NCBI GenBank assembly: GCA_043228905.1
Contig: JBHGNT010000001.1
Span: forward strand, 9,114,001 to 9,178,000
Direction: 5' to 3'
DNA length: 64,000 bases
From: Azolla caroliniana
Taxonomy: Eukaryota; Plantae; Polypodiophyta
Shown here piece after piece: positions 1 to 10,329 of the stretch (its first letter is position 1; each line of letters opens with the position of its first letter). The translations under genes and the position numbers were made by a program. Below the pieces are notes generated by a model. The model was not told where the DNA came from. It saw only the letters and a program-made list of their open reading frames with translations, and made no database searches.

Positions 1-162
1 GCGGTATCGAGTTTGTGTTTAAAACCTACACTATAAATAGGAACTCGATACGTATCGAGTTCCTTTATAAAATTCAAACTTTAAACACGAACTCGATACG
101 GCGTATCGAGTTCATGTTTAAAGTGTAGGTTTTAAACACGAACTCGATACGGCGTATCGAGA
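1..162. repeat. Array of palindromic units (GAACTCGATACG-G-CGTATCGAGTT), ~50-bp period; probable subterminal repeat of the adjacent DNA transposon
   Basis: Palindromes centred at ~51, 101 and ~152, plus a half-site at 1-14. The unit at 78-124 has 23-bp arms with one mismatch around a single G. 4-32 is the near reverse complement of 122-150. Confidence 0.85.
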
Positions 163-182
163 TTCTTTTTGAAACCTACACT

Positions 183-295
183 TTCCCTTTCTCCACAAAT
201 CAGCCGGCATACCAGGTGCTCCCCGGTTGAAGAAGAATCAATAACCAGAGGGATTTGTGGAGAAAGGGAAGGAGCACCTGGTACCATTTCTTCTT
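183..295. other. Templated filler DNA / inverted duplication at the broken end of the copia RT
   Basis: 243-283 is the reverse complement of 305-345. 183-201 and 201-222 repeat segments of 316-336 and 296-317. Confidence 0.75.
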
Positions 296-3200
296 CAGCC
301 GGCATACCAGGTGCTCCTTCCCTTTCTCCACAAATCCCTCTGGTTGCTGCATGTAGATCTCCTCTTCAAGGTCGCTGTGAAGGAATGCTGTCTTCACGTC
401 CAACTGTTCTACCTCGAGGTCCATGCTTGCCGCCATACTCAGCACCGTCCGGATGGAGGTCATCTTTACTACCGGGGCAAATATCTCGTCGAAGTCCACG
501 CCCTTCTTCTGCTGGAACCCCTTCACCACGATCCTGGCTTTGTATCTCGGGGGGTTGCCGGCATCTCCCGGTTTCAACTTGTACACCCACTTGTTTCGGA
601 GTGCCCTCTTTCCTTTCGGCAACTCCACCAATTCGTACGTATGGTTCTCATGCAGGGAATCCATCTCATCCTGCATGGCACTTAACCATTTGCAGCTGTG
701 GGTGTCATCCTTCGCTTCTTCGAAGCTTTTCGGCTCCCCCTTATTGGTCAACAAGACATGCTCTCCATCCGGAAATTTCCGGGGCGCCCTTCTCTCTCTG
801 AGAGGATATCTCCGTCTTCGGGCTTCGGTAACCGGCTCCTCCATTTGCTCTTCATCCGAATCCGATTCGGGGTCTTGGTCGGTTCTGGTTTCAACTTCCT
901 CTACTTCTTCTTCAGCCTGTTCGGTATCCTCACCGTAATCGGCTGGTCCTTCGAGTGCTAACTGGTCTCTTGTCGGTTGGGTTTGCTCGTCGTAGAGTCG
1001 ATCCTTACCGGTCGACTCGGAGTTCATTATCTTCTTCTCCGACTCCCAATCGGCAAGCATCTTGTCCTCCATGAAGATAATATCTCGGCTCCGGAATACC
1101 TTCTTGTCGACCAGGTCCCACACTCGATAGCCGAACTCATCGTCATCGTAACCGAGGAATATGCATGGCCGAGTCTTTGGATCCAACTTTCCTCTCCGGT
1201 TCTTAGCTACATGCACGTACGTGAGACACCCGAACACCTTCAGATGCCGGTAGAATACTTCCTTACCGGTCCATACTCTCTGTGGCGTGTCTCCATCCAA
1301 CGGTACTGAGGGTGATCTATTTATCACATATGTCGCCGTCGACAATGCCTCAGCCCAAAACTTCTTGGGTAGTTTTGCATGCGCTAGCATACTCCGGACC
1401 CTCTCTATTATGGTCCGGTTCATCCTCTCGGCCAGTCCGTTTAGTTCCGGCGTCTTCGGCATGGTAAATTCGAGCCGGATCCCCTTCGAGCGGCAGTACT
1501 CCTCGAACTGCCCCCGGTATTCTCCTCCGTTATTTGCTCGAACCGCCTTCAGCTTCCGGCCGATTTCTCTTTCCACTCTCGCGTGGAGCTCTTTGAAGAC
1601 GGATAGCACCTGATCCTTCGTCTTCAACGGTGTGGCCCACAACTTCCGGTTGTGGTCATCTATGAATGTCATGAAGTACTGCGCTCCGGCATGTGACTTC
1701 GTGTCTACTTGACACACATCCGTATGCACCAACTCCAGTGGTGCATTACGTCTCATCGGTGGCCTTGGTCGGAAAGAGGTCCGGTTTTGCTTACCGGCCA
1801 GACAATCAATGCACTTCTCCAAGTGCACGTTCTTCACTGGAATGAGGTTGTCGTCTACAAGCCTCTTCATCCCCTTCTCGCTCATATGACACAACCTCTT
1901 GTGCCACAGCTCACCGGCAGTGTCCGATGCCACGTTCACTTCTTCCGGACATAACCGGGCATTCATGAGGTACAACGTGTTTACCTTCCGGGCCCGAGCC
2001 ACAATCAGACTCCCTTTGCTGAACTTCATGACACCGTTCCGGATGCTACCCGTGTAGCCTTCATCATCTAGCCGACCGGCTGATATTAGGTTCAGTCGAA
2101 CCTCCGGAACGTGTCGAACATCCTTCAGCAACAGTTTGCATCCGGTTGGTGTTGACAGCCACATGTCTCCTATGCCGACAATTCAGCATGTACCTTCATT
2201 CCCCATCCGGACACATCCGTGATCACCAGTTGAGTAGGATGAGAAGCATTTCCGGTCCGGGGTAAGGTGGAACGACGCTCCGGAGTCTACCACCCAGGTC
2301 ATCTCGTCGCCGGCAAGGTTTATCTCACTCTCCTCGGTGATGAGCATCAACTCTTCTTCCCTTGCCATGATTGCCGTCGTTCCCTTCCGGTCCGGCCCCC
2401 TCCGGTCTTTGCCGTTCCGGTCCGGGGTCTGCTTCGAATCGGTAACGTCGGTCTCCTTATCTTTTCGGAAATGCCGATAGTTCTTTTGGAAGTGTCCTGG
2501 CTTGCCACAATAGAAGCAAGTAGGCCTTCCCCTTGACTTTGACCGTGTCCCCGACTTCTCCCGGTTCTGGGGACTACGGTTTCTATGTCTTCCGCGTTCC
2601 GATTCGGTAAGGAGCACTTTGGAGTTGGAGCTCGCATCTTTATCTTTCCGACGCGCCTCCTCATCTAGCAAGCTCGACTTTACTCTTGCTAGGGATAACC
2701 GCTTTCCTTCCGGCCCGGCGTTGCCCAAAGTGACAACCAACGTCTCCCAGCTATCCGGGAGGGAACCGAGCAGGAGTAGCGCTAGTACCTCGTCGGCGAG
2801 AGGTGATGTTGCTTGGTGGATCAGCCCCTGGAAGGCATTCATGTGCTCCGCCATGCTGGAGCCATCTTGGTACCGGAATCTTACTAGCTTCCGGAATACC
2901 GAAACCTGATTAACATCATTAAATTTTGTTTTGAAACATAATGCCGATCTTCTCCCAGAGCTCATGAGCCTTGCTCTCTTCATTGAAGTTGTTGTATAGG
3001 ATCATGTCGATGAAGCACCGTATGTACGCCGTTGTCTTCATGTGCATCACCTCCCATATCGCGGCGTCGATTTTGTCCGGTTTCTTGTCCCCGAACTAAA
3101 CCGGCAGCCAGAGGTCTTTAACCACGAGCATGTCCCTCATCTTCAACTTCCACACTGAATAGTTGGCGCTGGTGAGCTTGAACATGCCGCCAAACGATTC

Positions 3201-3782
3201 GTCCATTTTCTGTGTCGTTTTGCTCTGATACCACTTGACAGTAACTGAACGCTCCGTATACGCAACGCTCGGCCACAACCGAGCTTAGAATCATACACAG
3301 AAAACGGGAAATAATGAACGACACGAAGAAGAAACGAGTACGCAGGATGTTTACGTGGAAAACCCAAACTAAGGGAAAAACCACGGCAGCCCACAGGCTG
3401 CAAACTATCACTATGTTAGAATGTACAACAGTGAGTTCACGGAGGCAACGGCCTCGTACTCACGATCCTCGCCACAGGTGGCGGTTACAACAGAGGCAAC
3501 GACCTCTTTCTCTCTCTCTCTCTCTCCCTCTCTATACACAGTTACACGCTCTCTCACTCCTTGCACCAACAAGAATGACAACAACTACTAAAAGTTTTCC
3601 CTAAGTCATATTTATACTAATATGACTTTTCGGCTATTTACAAATATAGCCATGATGGACTTTCAGAAACATATTTACGAATATGTCTCTTTATCCGGTG
3701 AGCACTCCTCACCGGGTCTGCACCATCCGGCTCTCTGTAGCAGGGTACTCCTCATCCGGTTCTCACCGGGTCTGCACCATCC
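296..3782 (-). mobile_element. Ty1/copia retrotransposon (family A), truncated: partial 5' LTR, PBS, gag, PR, integrase, partial RT
   Basis: PBS-Met TGGTATCAGAGC (rc at 3222-3233). Gag starts MDESFGGMFKLTSANYSVWK. Zinc knuckle CFYCGKPGHF, PR WVVDSGASFH, LWHKRLCHMS, integrase PELNGLAERMNRT, RT YKARIVVKGF/QLDVKTAFL. In-frame stops and frameshifts; RT broken after CRLKK. Confidence 0.95.
3236..3782 (-). repeat. 5' LTR of copia family A, lacking its TG start
   Basis: Ends ...TGTCA next to the PBS. Highly similar to 16156-16850 but stops within the CATCCGG repeats. Confidence 0.85.
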
Positions 3783-4780
3783 AATGGTTGACTTTCACGA
3801 TGTTCTTTTAATAGGTTCTTGTAATTCCTTATCTCTACATATGATTTTCCACCCTTGGCCATACTTTTTAAACTTGCACATATTGAGCAGACTCCCATTC
3901 GTACCTTTCGTGGGATAACCACATTGTTAAATTGTAACCTCCACAATCGATTAAAATGTCTATACTTTATGTAAGGTGCATCATCTACTGACATGTCATC
4001 CTTGTATGATTGGTAAACTTCCCTTCGAGTAAAGTTATCTGAGAAATGTAGTCTTCCTATCGTAGGCATAATGTCGCACTGGTTTGAAAAATATACTTCC
4101 ATCCACCTAATTGCGTGTTGCCCAATTCGACCCTTACATTCAGAACCATTTCGATCCAACGTTATCCACGATCCCTTCAGAAGACGCTCTTGAACTCGTT
4201 GCAGCCACATATTTCCAATGCTATGAGCGATTTTAAAAGCGGCTCGACAACACTTAGTATATAGTCCAAGGAAATATTCAACCTGTGCAGAATTAGACCC
4301 TGCGTTGTGATCCATTTTAAGCTGCATATGCGAAAGAAGAAATGTGTCCTGCTCTTCCCCATTAAGCGACAAATATTTTTGTCGTGTTTCACGTAACCTT
4401 GACTTTCCATAAGTTAAAAGGCAGAGATTCGCACAACATGTTTTGTTGAAGTCGCAAAGAAGTTGACGATCAGAACATAAAAAATTAAATCTCTTTTCAC
4501 TAACTTGTCGAGGGATTCTTTTAAATACAAGTGGTTTACTAATACTATTGTTATCTATAGAAGTATCGGACTCCGCTTCTAAGCTTACATGAAGAGGGCC
4601 ATCAACAAGATCAATTGAAAAAAGAGAATTCGAGGTACTAGGAGCCTCACTTTTCTGTTTTTTACGCGAGCCTTTCGAATGTCTCTTGTAATCGTGCTCT
4701 TCTATTGAGAAATACGAGTTGTTGGACAAAGAAAAGGGGGCAATAGAAAAAAAAGACGTTCTACTTGTAGAGGAAGACAT
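3783..4780 (-). pseudogene. Sola-like DNA transposase, N-terminal part (catalytic DDD domain lost at the copia junction)
   Basis: 342-aa ORF with CCANLCL, CCRAAFKIAHSIG, WM..YF...CDIMP, TRREVYQSY, F.RLW...F.NVVIP and C-x2-C...H (GVCSICASLK...KEH). These match my recollection of the N-terminal region of Sola(2)-type transposases. The last ~9 codons read into the LTR. Confidence 0.65.
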
Positions 4781-5103
4781 TCTTGAAACTATTAAGACAA
4801 ACCCTGTGGCACTACCATCAAAGGGCTATATACCGAACTCCTCTATAAAAAAGATTAAGGAACGTTGAATCTTTACTATATAACTATTAGAACTAGACAT
4901 GAGTTATTGGTTACACTATAACACTTTTTAGGAAGAGGAATTTCAAAAAAAATTTATTAAAAATTAATTTTTATTAAAAAAAAACATATATATATATATA
5001 ATGAAGTTTCAATTTTCATTTTCATTATCACGACAAAGAATCCATCAAGCTCAGAGCACAGACTAATTTCAAGCACTCCGAAGCACTACCTCCGCCAGGC
5101 ATC

Positions 5104-8100
5104 ATGAACAAGGGAAAGAAGATCGCCAGGTTAGCAATATTCTTTACATTTTTTAAGATTCTAAAAGATGCCTTAAAGATTCCTTTTAACAATAAGCAAT
5201 AATCCCCAAATATTTTGTTAAGGAAACACACCATCGAATTAAAATGCACTTAAACTTCACTAGATGGTTCAGGAGGAGTCATGTCACAATCAAGGCATTC
5301 AACCAAAATCCGATGCAGTGCATCAGATTTTGGTTGAAAGGAGGGACATTCAACCAGAATCCGATACAGTGCATTGGATTTTGGTGGAAAGGAGGGACAT
5401 TCAACCAGAATCCGATGCAGTGCATCCAATTTTGGTTGAAAAAATAGAGTTTTGCAGATAGAAAATTTATGTCCCTCATCATAGTTTTGTCATCATTTTG
5501 ATACTATTTTTAGTGTTTTGCGTTTAATTGTTCTTTATTTTACTGCTTTCTCCATCGTTTTTGTTCAAATAATATGGCCTTGTTCATAATTAACGTAAAT
5601 AGGATTTTTTCTTCATTTCAGTGACTCTCGTCAAAAAGTTCCTTCCTTTAAACTAAAGATTCACACTCCAACAAAGCGTGATTTTGACTCTTTTGTCAAA
5701 GATGTCTCTAGAAGAACTCTATTTGACTCAACGGGGGATGGAGCATCTAAGTCTTATGTTGCAACGACCAAAAATAGCAAGGGTGGGACCCAAGAAGAGA
5801 AAACATCTGAACTTAAATATAAGAATTACCTAGAGTTAGAATGGTGTCTCTCTTATGTCGAGGAAGATGGGGTGCTACTCTTAATAACAGCTAAGTCAGA
5901 CGGTAAAGGCAAATTGGAGCTTGGAAAAACATTTAACTATGGAGATGTAACCAAGCTAGAATATGAAGATAGTGATTCTTCGAGTATTATAATCGATGTC
6001 TCGAGCTCTGTTGGCTCTAGACGATTGCGTCTTGACGAGGGAAACCTAGTAGCAGAATGTTGCAACCCAAAGTCATTACATAAAGACATTCAAACGATGA
6101 ACAACTTATTAGTTGCACTGCGGCCGTATGTGACAGGAGAAATGATGGGCGGTGAAGCACAAACTCCACCAAAAAAGTCTAGAAAGACAAATCCGGTTCA
6201 TAAGAAATACAACAAACAACAACGACCCGACGAAGATGATGAAGAGGTTTTAGAATTTGTGGAGAAAGAAGAAGAGCACCAAGTCGATGTTGTGGCTCCA
6301 CGAGGTCAACTATCTTCCGATGTATTGACGTCCGAACAAAATAAAATAAGAGAAAATATTGTTAAGACAAAACTTGTGTGTAAGGGGCAGCTGTTTCATT
6401 TGCCAATTACTTCAATCTAGAGACCTCCAATTGATCCCTTGACTGGAAGACGTCCGGTAGAAATTAGAGAGCCGCACATTGTCCATGTGCAAAACTTGAA
6501 GAGCAAAATGAAAATTAATCCTCATGCTACGGTCGTGCCATTTTTAGTAATGGTCGATCAAGATCAATGTCCAACAATAGCAAACTTCAAGTATAGGCTG
6601 ATGATTATACATATTATGTAATTGGAGGATCGCATTCGGCTGAAGCTCGTAGACAACTTGTAAAAGAATACCCTCTCACCCCCTTCTTTAAGTACGCCGA
6701 ATGTAAAGTATATGCAGGACTCACTCACGAGGAGGCGACGCTACTAGCATGGGACCATAACAATGATAATGATTATAGGCAAAAGATGTCATGCATTGAA
6801 AGGATCAAATTTTTTCATCATGAGTACCTAGATGCATTAAATCGTTTTGGCCCAAGGTTGTGGCTTGGTTTGTGTCGCCAGTGTTTACTGGAAGTGGGGA
6901 TTGCAGTGTATGAGAGCACAAAATCAGAAGGGCTACGAAAATATGATTCCTGGTTTCAACTAGCCTTTCGGACCGGAGAGGTGTGGGATCTCCAGGAAAA
7001 AATATTTAGCATGTGGGAGCGAAAAGAGGTCAAAGGGCAAAGGTCAAAGAAGGGAAGGATTGATCCACAAGTTGAGATCAAATCGAAATCAAAGGGCAAA
7101 AGCGGCTTGGTAATCGAGGAGTTAGCAGAAGACATGAAACTTTTACCTTGGAGGTCATTATAGGGTATTAAAGATGATAGGCTATTAATATCGGTGTTAT
7201 CCCGAGTTGTTGCCAAGGAATTTAGTTTGGACGAGATGGTTACTGAATTGCAAAAGTAAGGGTTTATAGTATACAATGTTTTAGGATATTCTTCTACTAT
7301 TATTGATTTTTAATTTTTAATTTCATATATATTGTATAGTCACAAGGTATACATGAAGATTCAGGATTTGATGATGCAAAAATTGAGTTTACCAACATGG
7401 GAAGAAGTGGAGCAAGCCTGCCCAATAACTTCTTCCTACAAGGCATTGGAGGAATATTTTATTGTTTTTAGAGAATGGGTATGTGTCATTTGAATGTTAA
7501 TACATTGAAAGCTAATGTTCTCTCCTAACAACATTGAAAGCTAATGTTCTCTCCTAACAACATTGACACTTGCAGAAACCATCGAAATAAAAAAAGACCA
7601 ACGACAATAATGATGGTAATCCAGCTGCCTTTATCACACACTTAGAACATGCAAAGTATGAGAAGAGAATGACCAAAGGGAAAGAGATGGAACTGCCTGA
7701 GGATTCGGAGACTGTGAAGAGTTTTTTGCATAGGTCCGATCCTTATAAACAGTTACATTATAGTGTATTTAATGGGGAAGTATCACAAATGCTCGATCTG
7801 TTACCGAGAAGGCACTACACTTTGCTGATAGCCGACATGCCATATGGATTCCGAATTGCGGGATCAACATATGATGATGTGCCTTTCAAGTACCCCCAAA
7901 TCGAGAAGATGGTAAAGGATTTCACCGAACTGACATTGGCCCCCTTGTGGAGGATAATCATATTCTATAGAATGGGGCAATCACTATCAGTCACAACAGC
8001 TCTGAAGTCACGTTGTCATGCCACTGAACACATGCATTGGTGTGTCACAGTTTGTTTTTAATCATTATGATACTTGTTATTATATGTTGACATTCATACC

Positions 8101-8827
8101 TCTAAAACATGATTTTATTTCTCTGTAAGATTAAAACAAATATTACACGTAGCCCTGACGATCGAATGGTTAGTGCAGTCGAACATTTTTGTGTGGGTTA
8201 CTATGATTCAATAACAAAGAAGAAGGGTAGAGCACATGTCAACGAGCGTAACGTGGTAAATTAAGGCATGTTTCAGGTGATAAGAGTACGGTGAATCCTT
8301 ATCAAAAACCTCAAAGATTGATCAACCACCTCCTAGAGCTCTTCTCGAATCTAGATGATTGGGTCCTAGACTTGTTCTCTAGCACAAGTATATAAAATAT
8401 ATTTACTTTGATTTTTGTCGATCAAGTTTAAGCCTTTAATTCTTATATATACTTGCTCGTGTTCATGCGGCCTTTAGGTACTACAATAGCTTGTGCATTG
8501 AAGATGTTTCGAAACTGTGTTGCGTTGGAGAAGGACCCTACACAAGTTAACTTCATCAAAATGAGGATCACAGGAATCTGGGACTGTCCAGATCAGGATC
8601 AAGAAGTTGGAGCTAAGCACATCAATGAGACAGAGATGTTCCAAATGACTTCACGAGAACCAATGGAACCTATTGATGAAGAAGCAGGGGCGCTTGTGGA
8701 CCTAGAAGATGTAACACAATTTGAACATACATTCGATTCAGGAGAGCGTGGAGATGACACAAACGAGAATAGTCTAGAACAATCAGCGCTTGAAGAGCCT
8801 AGTGTGCCAGATTTGCTTATAGATTGA
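5104..8827 (+). pseudogene. Spliced ParB/Srx-like domain + beta-class N6A/N4C DNA methyltransferase gene, disrupted
   Basis: Predicted exons ~5104-5129, 5622-7255, 7339-7478, 7577-8039, 8130-8387 and 8478-8827, with GT-AG introns. ParB-like IREP..HVQNLK...YYVIGGSHSAEARRQL...CKVY...EEA.LLAWDHN at 6460-6765. MTase motif IV-like IADMPYG (7834-7845), W-I-K, and NPYQKPQRLINHLLELFSNLDDWVLDLFSST|STTIACALKMFRNCVALEKDP. Stops at 6418, 7161 and ~7588; frameshifts at ~6598 and ~8260. Confidence 0.85.
5298..5440. repeat. Three tandem 41-bp palindromes, 51-bp period (TTCAACCARAATCCGATRCA-G-TGCATYVRATTTTGGTKGAA)
   Basis: Units at 5298-5338, 5349-5389 and 5400-5440, joined by an AGGAGGGACA spacer. They lie in predicted intron 1 of the MTase gene. 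Confidence 0.9.
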
Positions 8828-9587
8828 TTTAGATGGCATAATGTATACTTTGAGTATTTTTGAGGCATAATGTATACCTTGACTTGATATTGTTTTTGTA
8901 TATGAGAACAAAAGTAATCGTTTATTGTTTAATTTTATTCACCCGTTCATAATTTCACTGTTTAATCATTTTTTGAACTGTAATTTGTATATACATATGA
9001 TTGGTCACCATGATATTAACATGATATTCTACTTTCTCATTTCTCCAAGCATGATTATATACATGAACTTGTGAATGTTCTTGATAATAAATGGTTTTCA
9101 ATTTGATATGTTCCAAGTCCGTTGGTTTCAAATAGTATAAATGAACGTGGTACATAATTGTTTCTCTTACCAATTACATTGTGATGGATTATATGACATT
9201 ATACAACGAAACTATCGATATACCCGTCCAACAAGTGGGGGACTACTTTTTTCCTCAACCCTAAACCACATATTAACATTTATGGTTTATGTAGTTTTAC
9301 TCTACAATTTGAATATGGATACCAAATAAAGATGTTTAATATTCAACCTAGTATTCAATTGTACTCCATGATATACAAATTGGCACGAAAACAAGACGTA
9401 TACAATTCACCAAATGCTTGGATTTTATTTGGTTCTATATTTCACTATCCATTCGCAAAATAGGTACGCATGCATTGTACATTTTCGAAATCATGGTAAA
9501 TTAGGGCACTTTTCTGCATCTCACCAACTATGGCAAAAGAGAATATGACATATTACCTGTTTCAAATGACTCGGTGTTTAGTCCTTT

Positions 9588-9934
9588 TACGGGGGAGTTT
9601 GTTGGCATAAAAGGACAACTCCTTCCGCTTTGTATCCTAGTGTGAACTCGTCTAAAGAGTTAGGACTTAGTATATAAGCGATAACCTAACATTGTAAAGT
9701 GAGAACACTTGATCATCTTGTACATCGAGTTTCTAAGAGCGAAAGAGAAAACAGAAATAGAGATAGTTTCCACATCTATGTGTCTATCATTTGTCTATAT
9801 ATTCTTGCCTTCTTTCTGTGTTGTTTGCTGAGCATAACCAACAGGTCGTCACATACATTTTCGCGAATATCTGTCCCTCACTGCTCATCGTGCCTTACGA
9901 CCTTTAAGTTCTTGTTGGTGACAAAAATATTTCA
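9588..9934 (+). repeat. LTR-like remnant preceded by a polypurine tract
   Basis: ACGGGGGAG followed by TGTTGG. The motifs TGTATC..TAGTGTGAAC and TATAAG..TAAC..TTGTAAAG are shared with 13425-13550. Confidence 0.45.
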
Positions 9935-10204
9935 AGGACTCGTGGTCTGTAGTTACCACAAAACAATTTCCAAGAATGATGACAACAAGAAGTATATTAT
10001 ATTATATGAAGAAAGATACACGAACAACTAGGAGGCTTAAGACTGGCGTTGAATCGAATTGGTTCTGAATAATGCCATGTGCCTCTATTTATAGTACTCT
10101 CAAGAGTACTCCTGAAGTTTCTAGAATGTTCTAGAATAATCTGGAATATACATGAATTTCCAACGGTGAAATAATAAATGAAAATAATATCTTTTGTGTT
10201 ACAA

Positions 10205-10270
10205 TGCATGGTTTAATGGTAAGGGTTCAACCCATGTAACACAAGGCCATGGGTTCGAATCGCTCCATAC
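10205..10270 (+). other. Degenerate tRNA-derived SINE-like head
   Basis: A-box-like TGGTTTAATGGTAAG and B-box-like GGTTCGAATC at tRNA spacing; no intact cloverleaf. Confidence 0.3.
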
Positions 10271-10329
10271 CATGCCATATCATGATAGATACAAGACTTA
10301 CAACAACCTGTATCCACTAATGGTGATTA

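Noticed and set aside
169-1954. Plus-strand ORFs overlapping copia pol (and antisense ORFs within 17.9-22.2 kb)
   Set aside because: Shadow ORFs of GC-rich pol with no recognisable motifs.
5298-5440. Palindromic repeats as a CRISPR array
   Set aside because: The spacers are identical 10-mers, there are no cas genes, and the context is eukaryotic. The same applies to 1-162.
5244-5482. Short repetitive ORFs (65-67 aa) on both strands
   Set aside because: By-products of the 51-bp palindromic repeat; they lie in a predicted intron.
6418-7590. In-frame stops repaired by U-to-C RNA editing
   Set aside because: That editing is organellar, this is nuclear DNA, and frameshifts are also present.
5104-8827. 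Bacterial contamination as the source of the MTase
   Set aside because: The gene has AT-rich GT-AG introns and is contiguous with plant retrotransposons.
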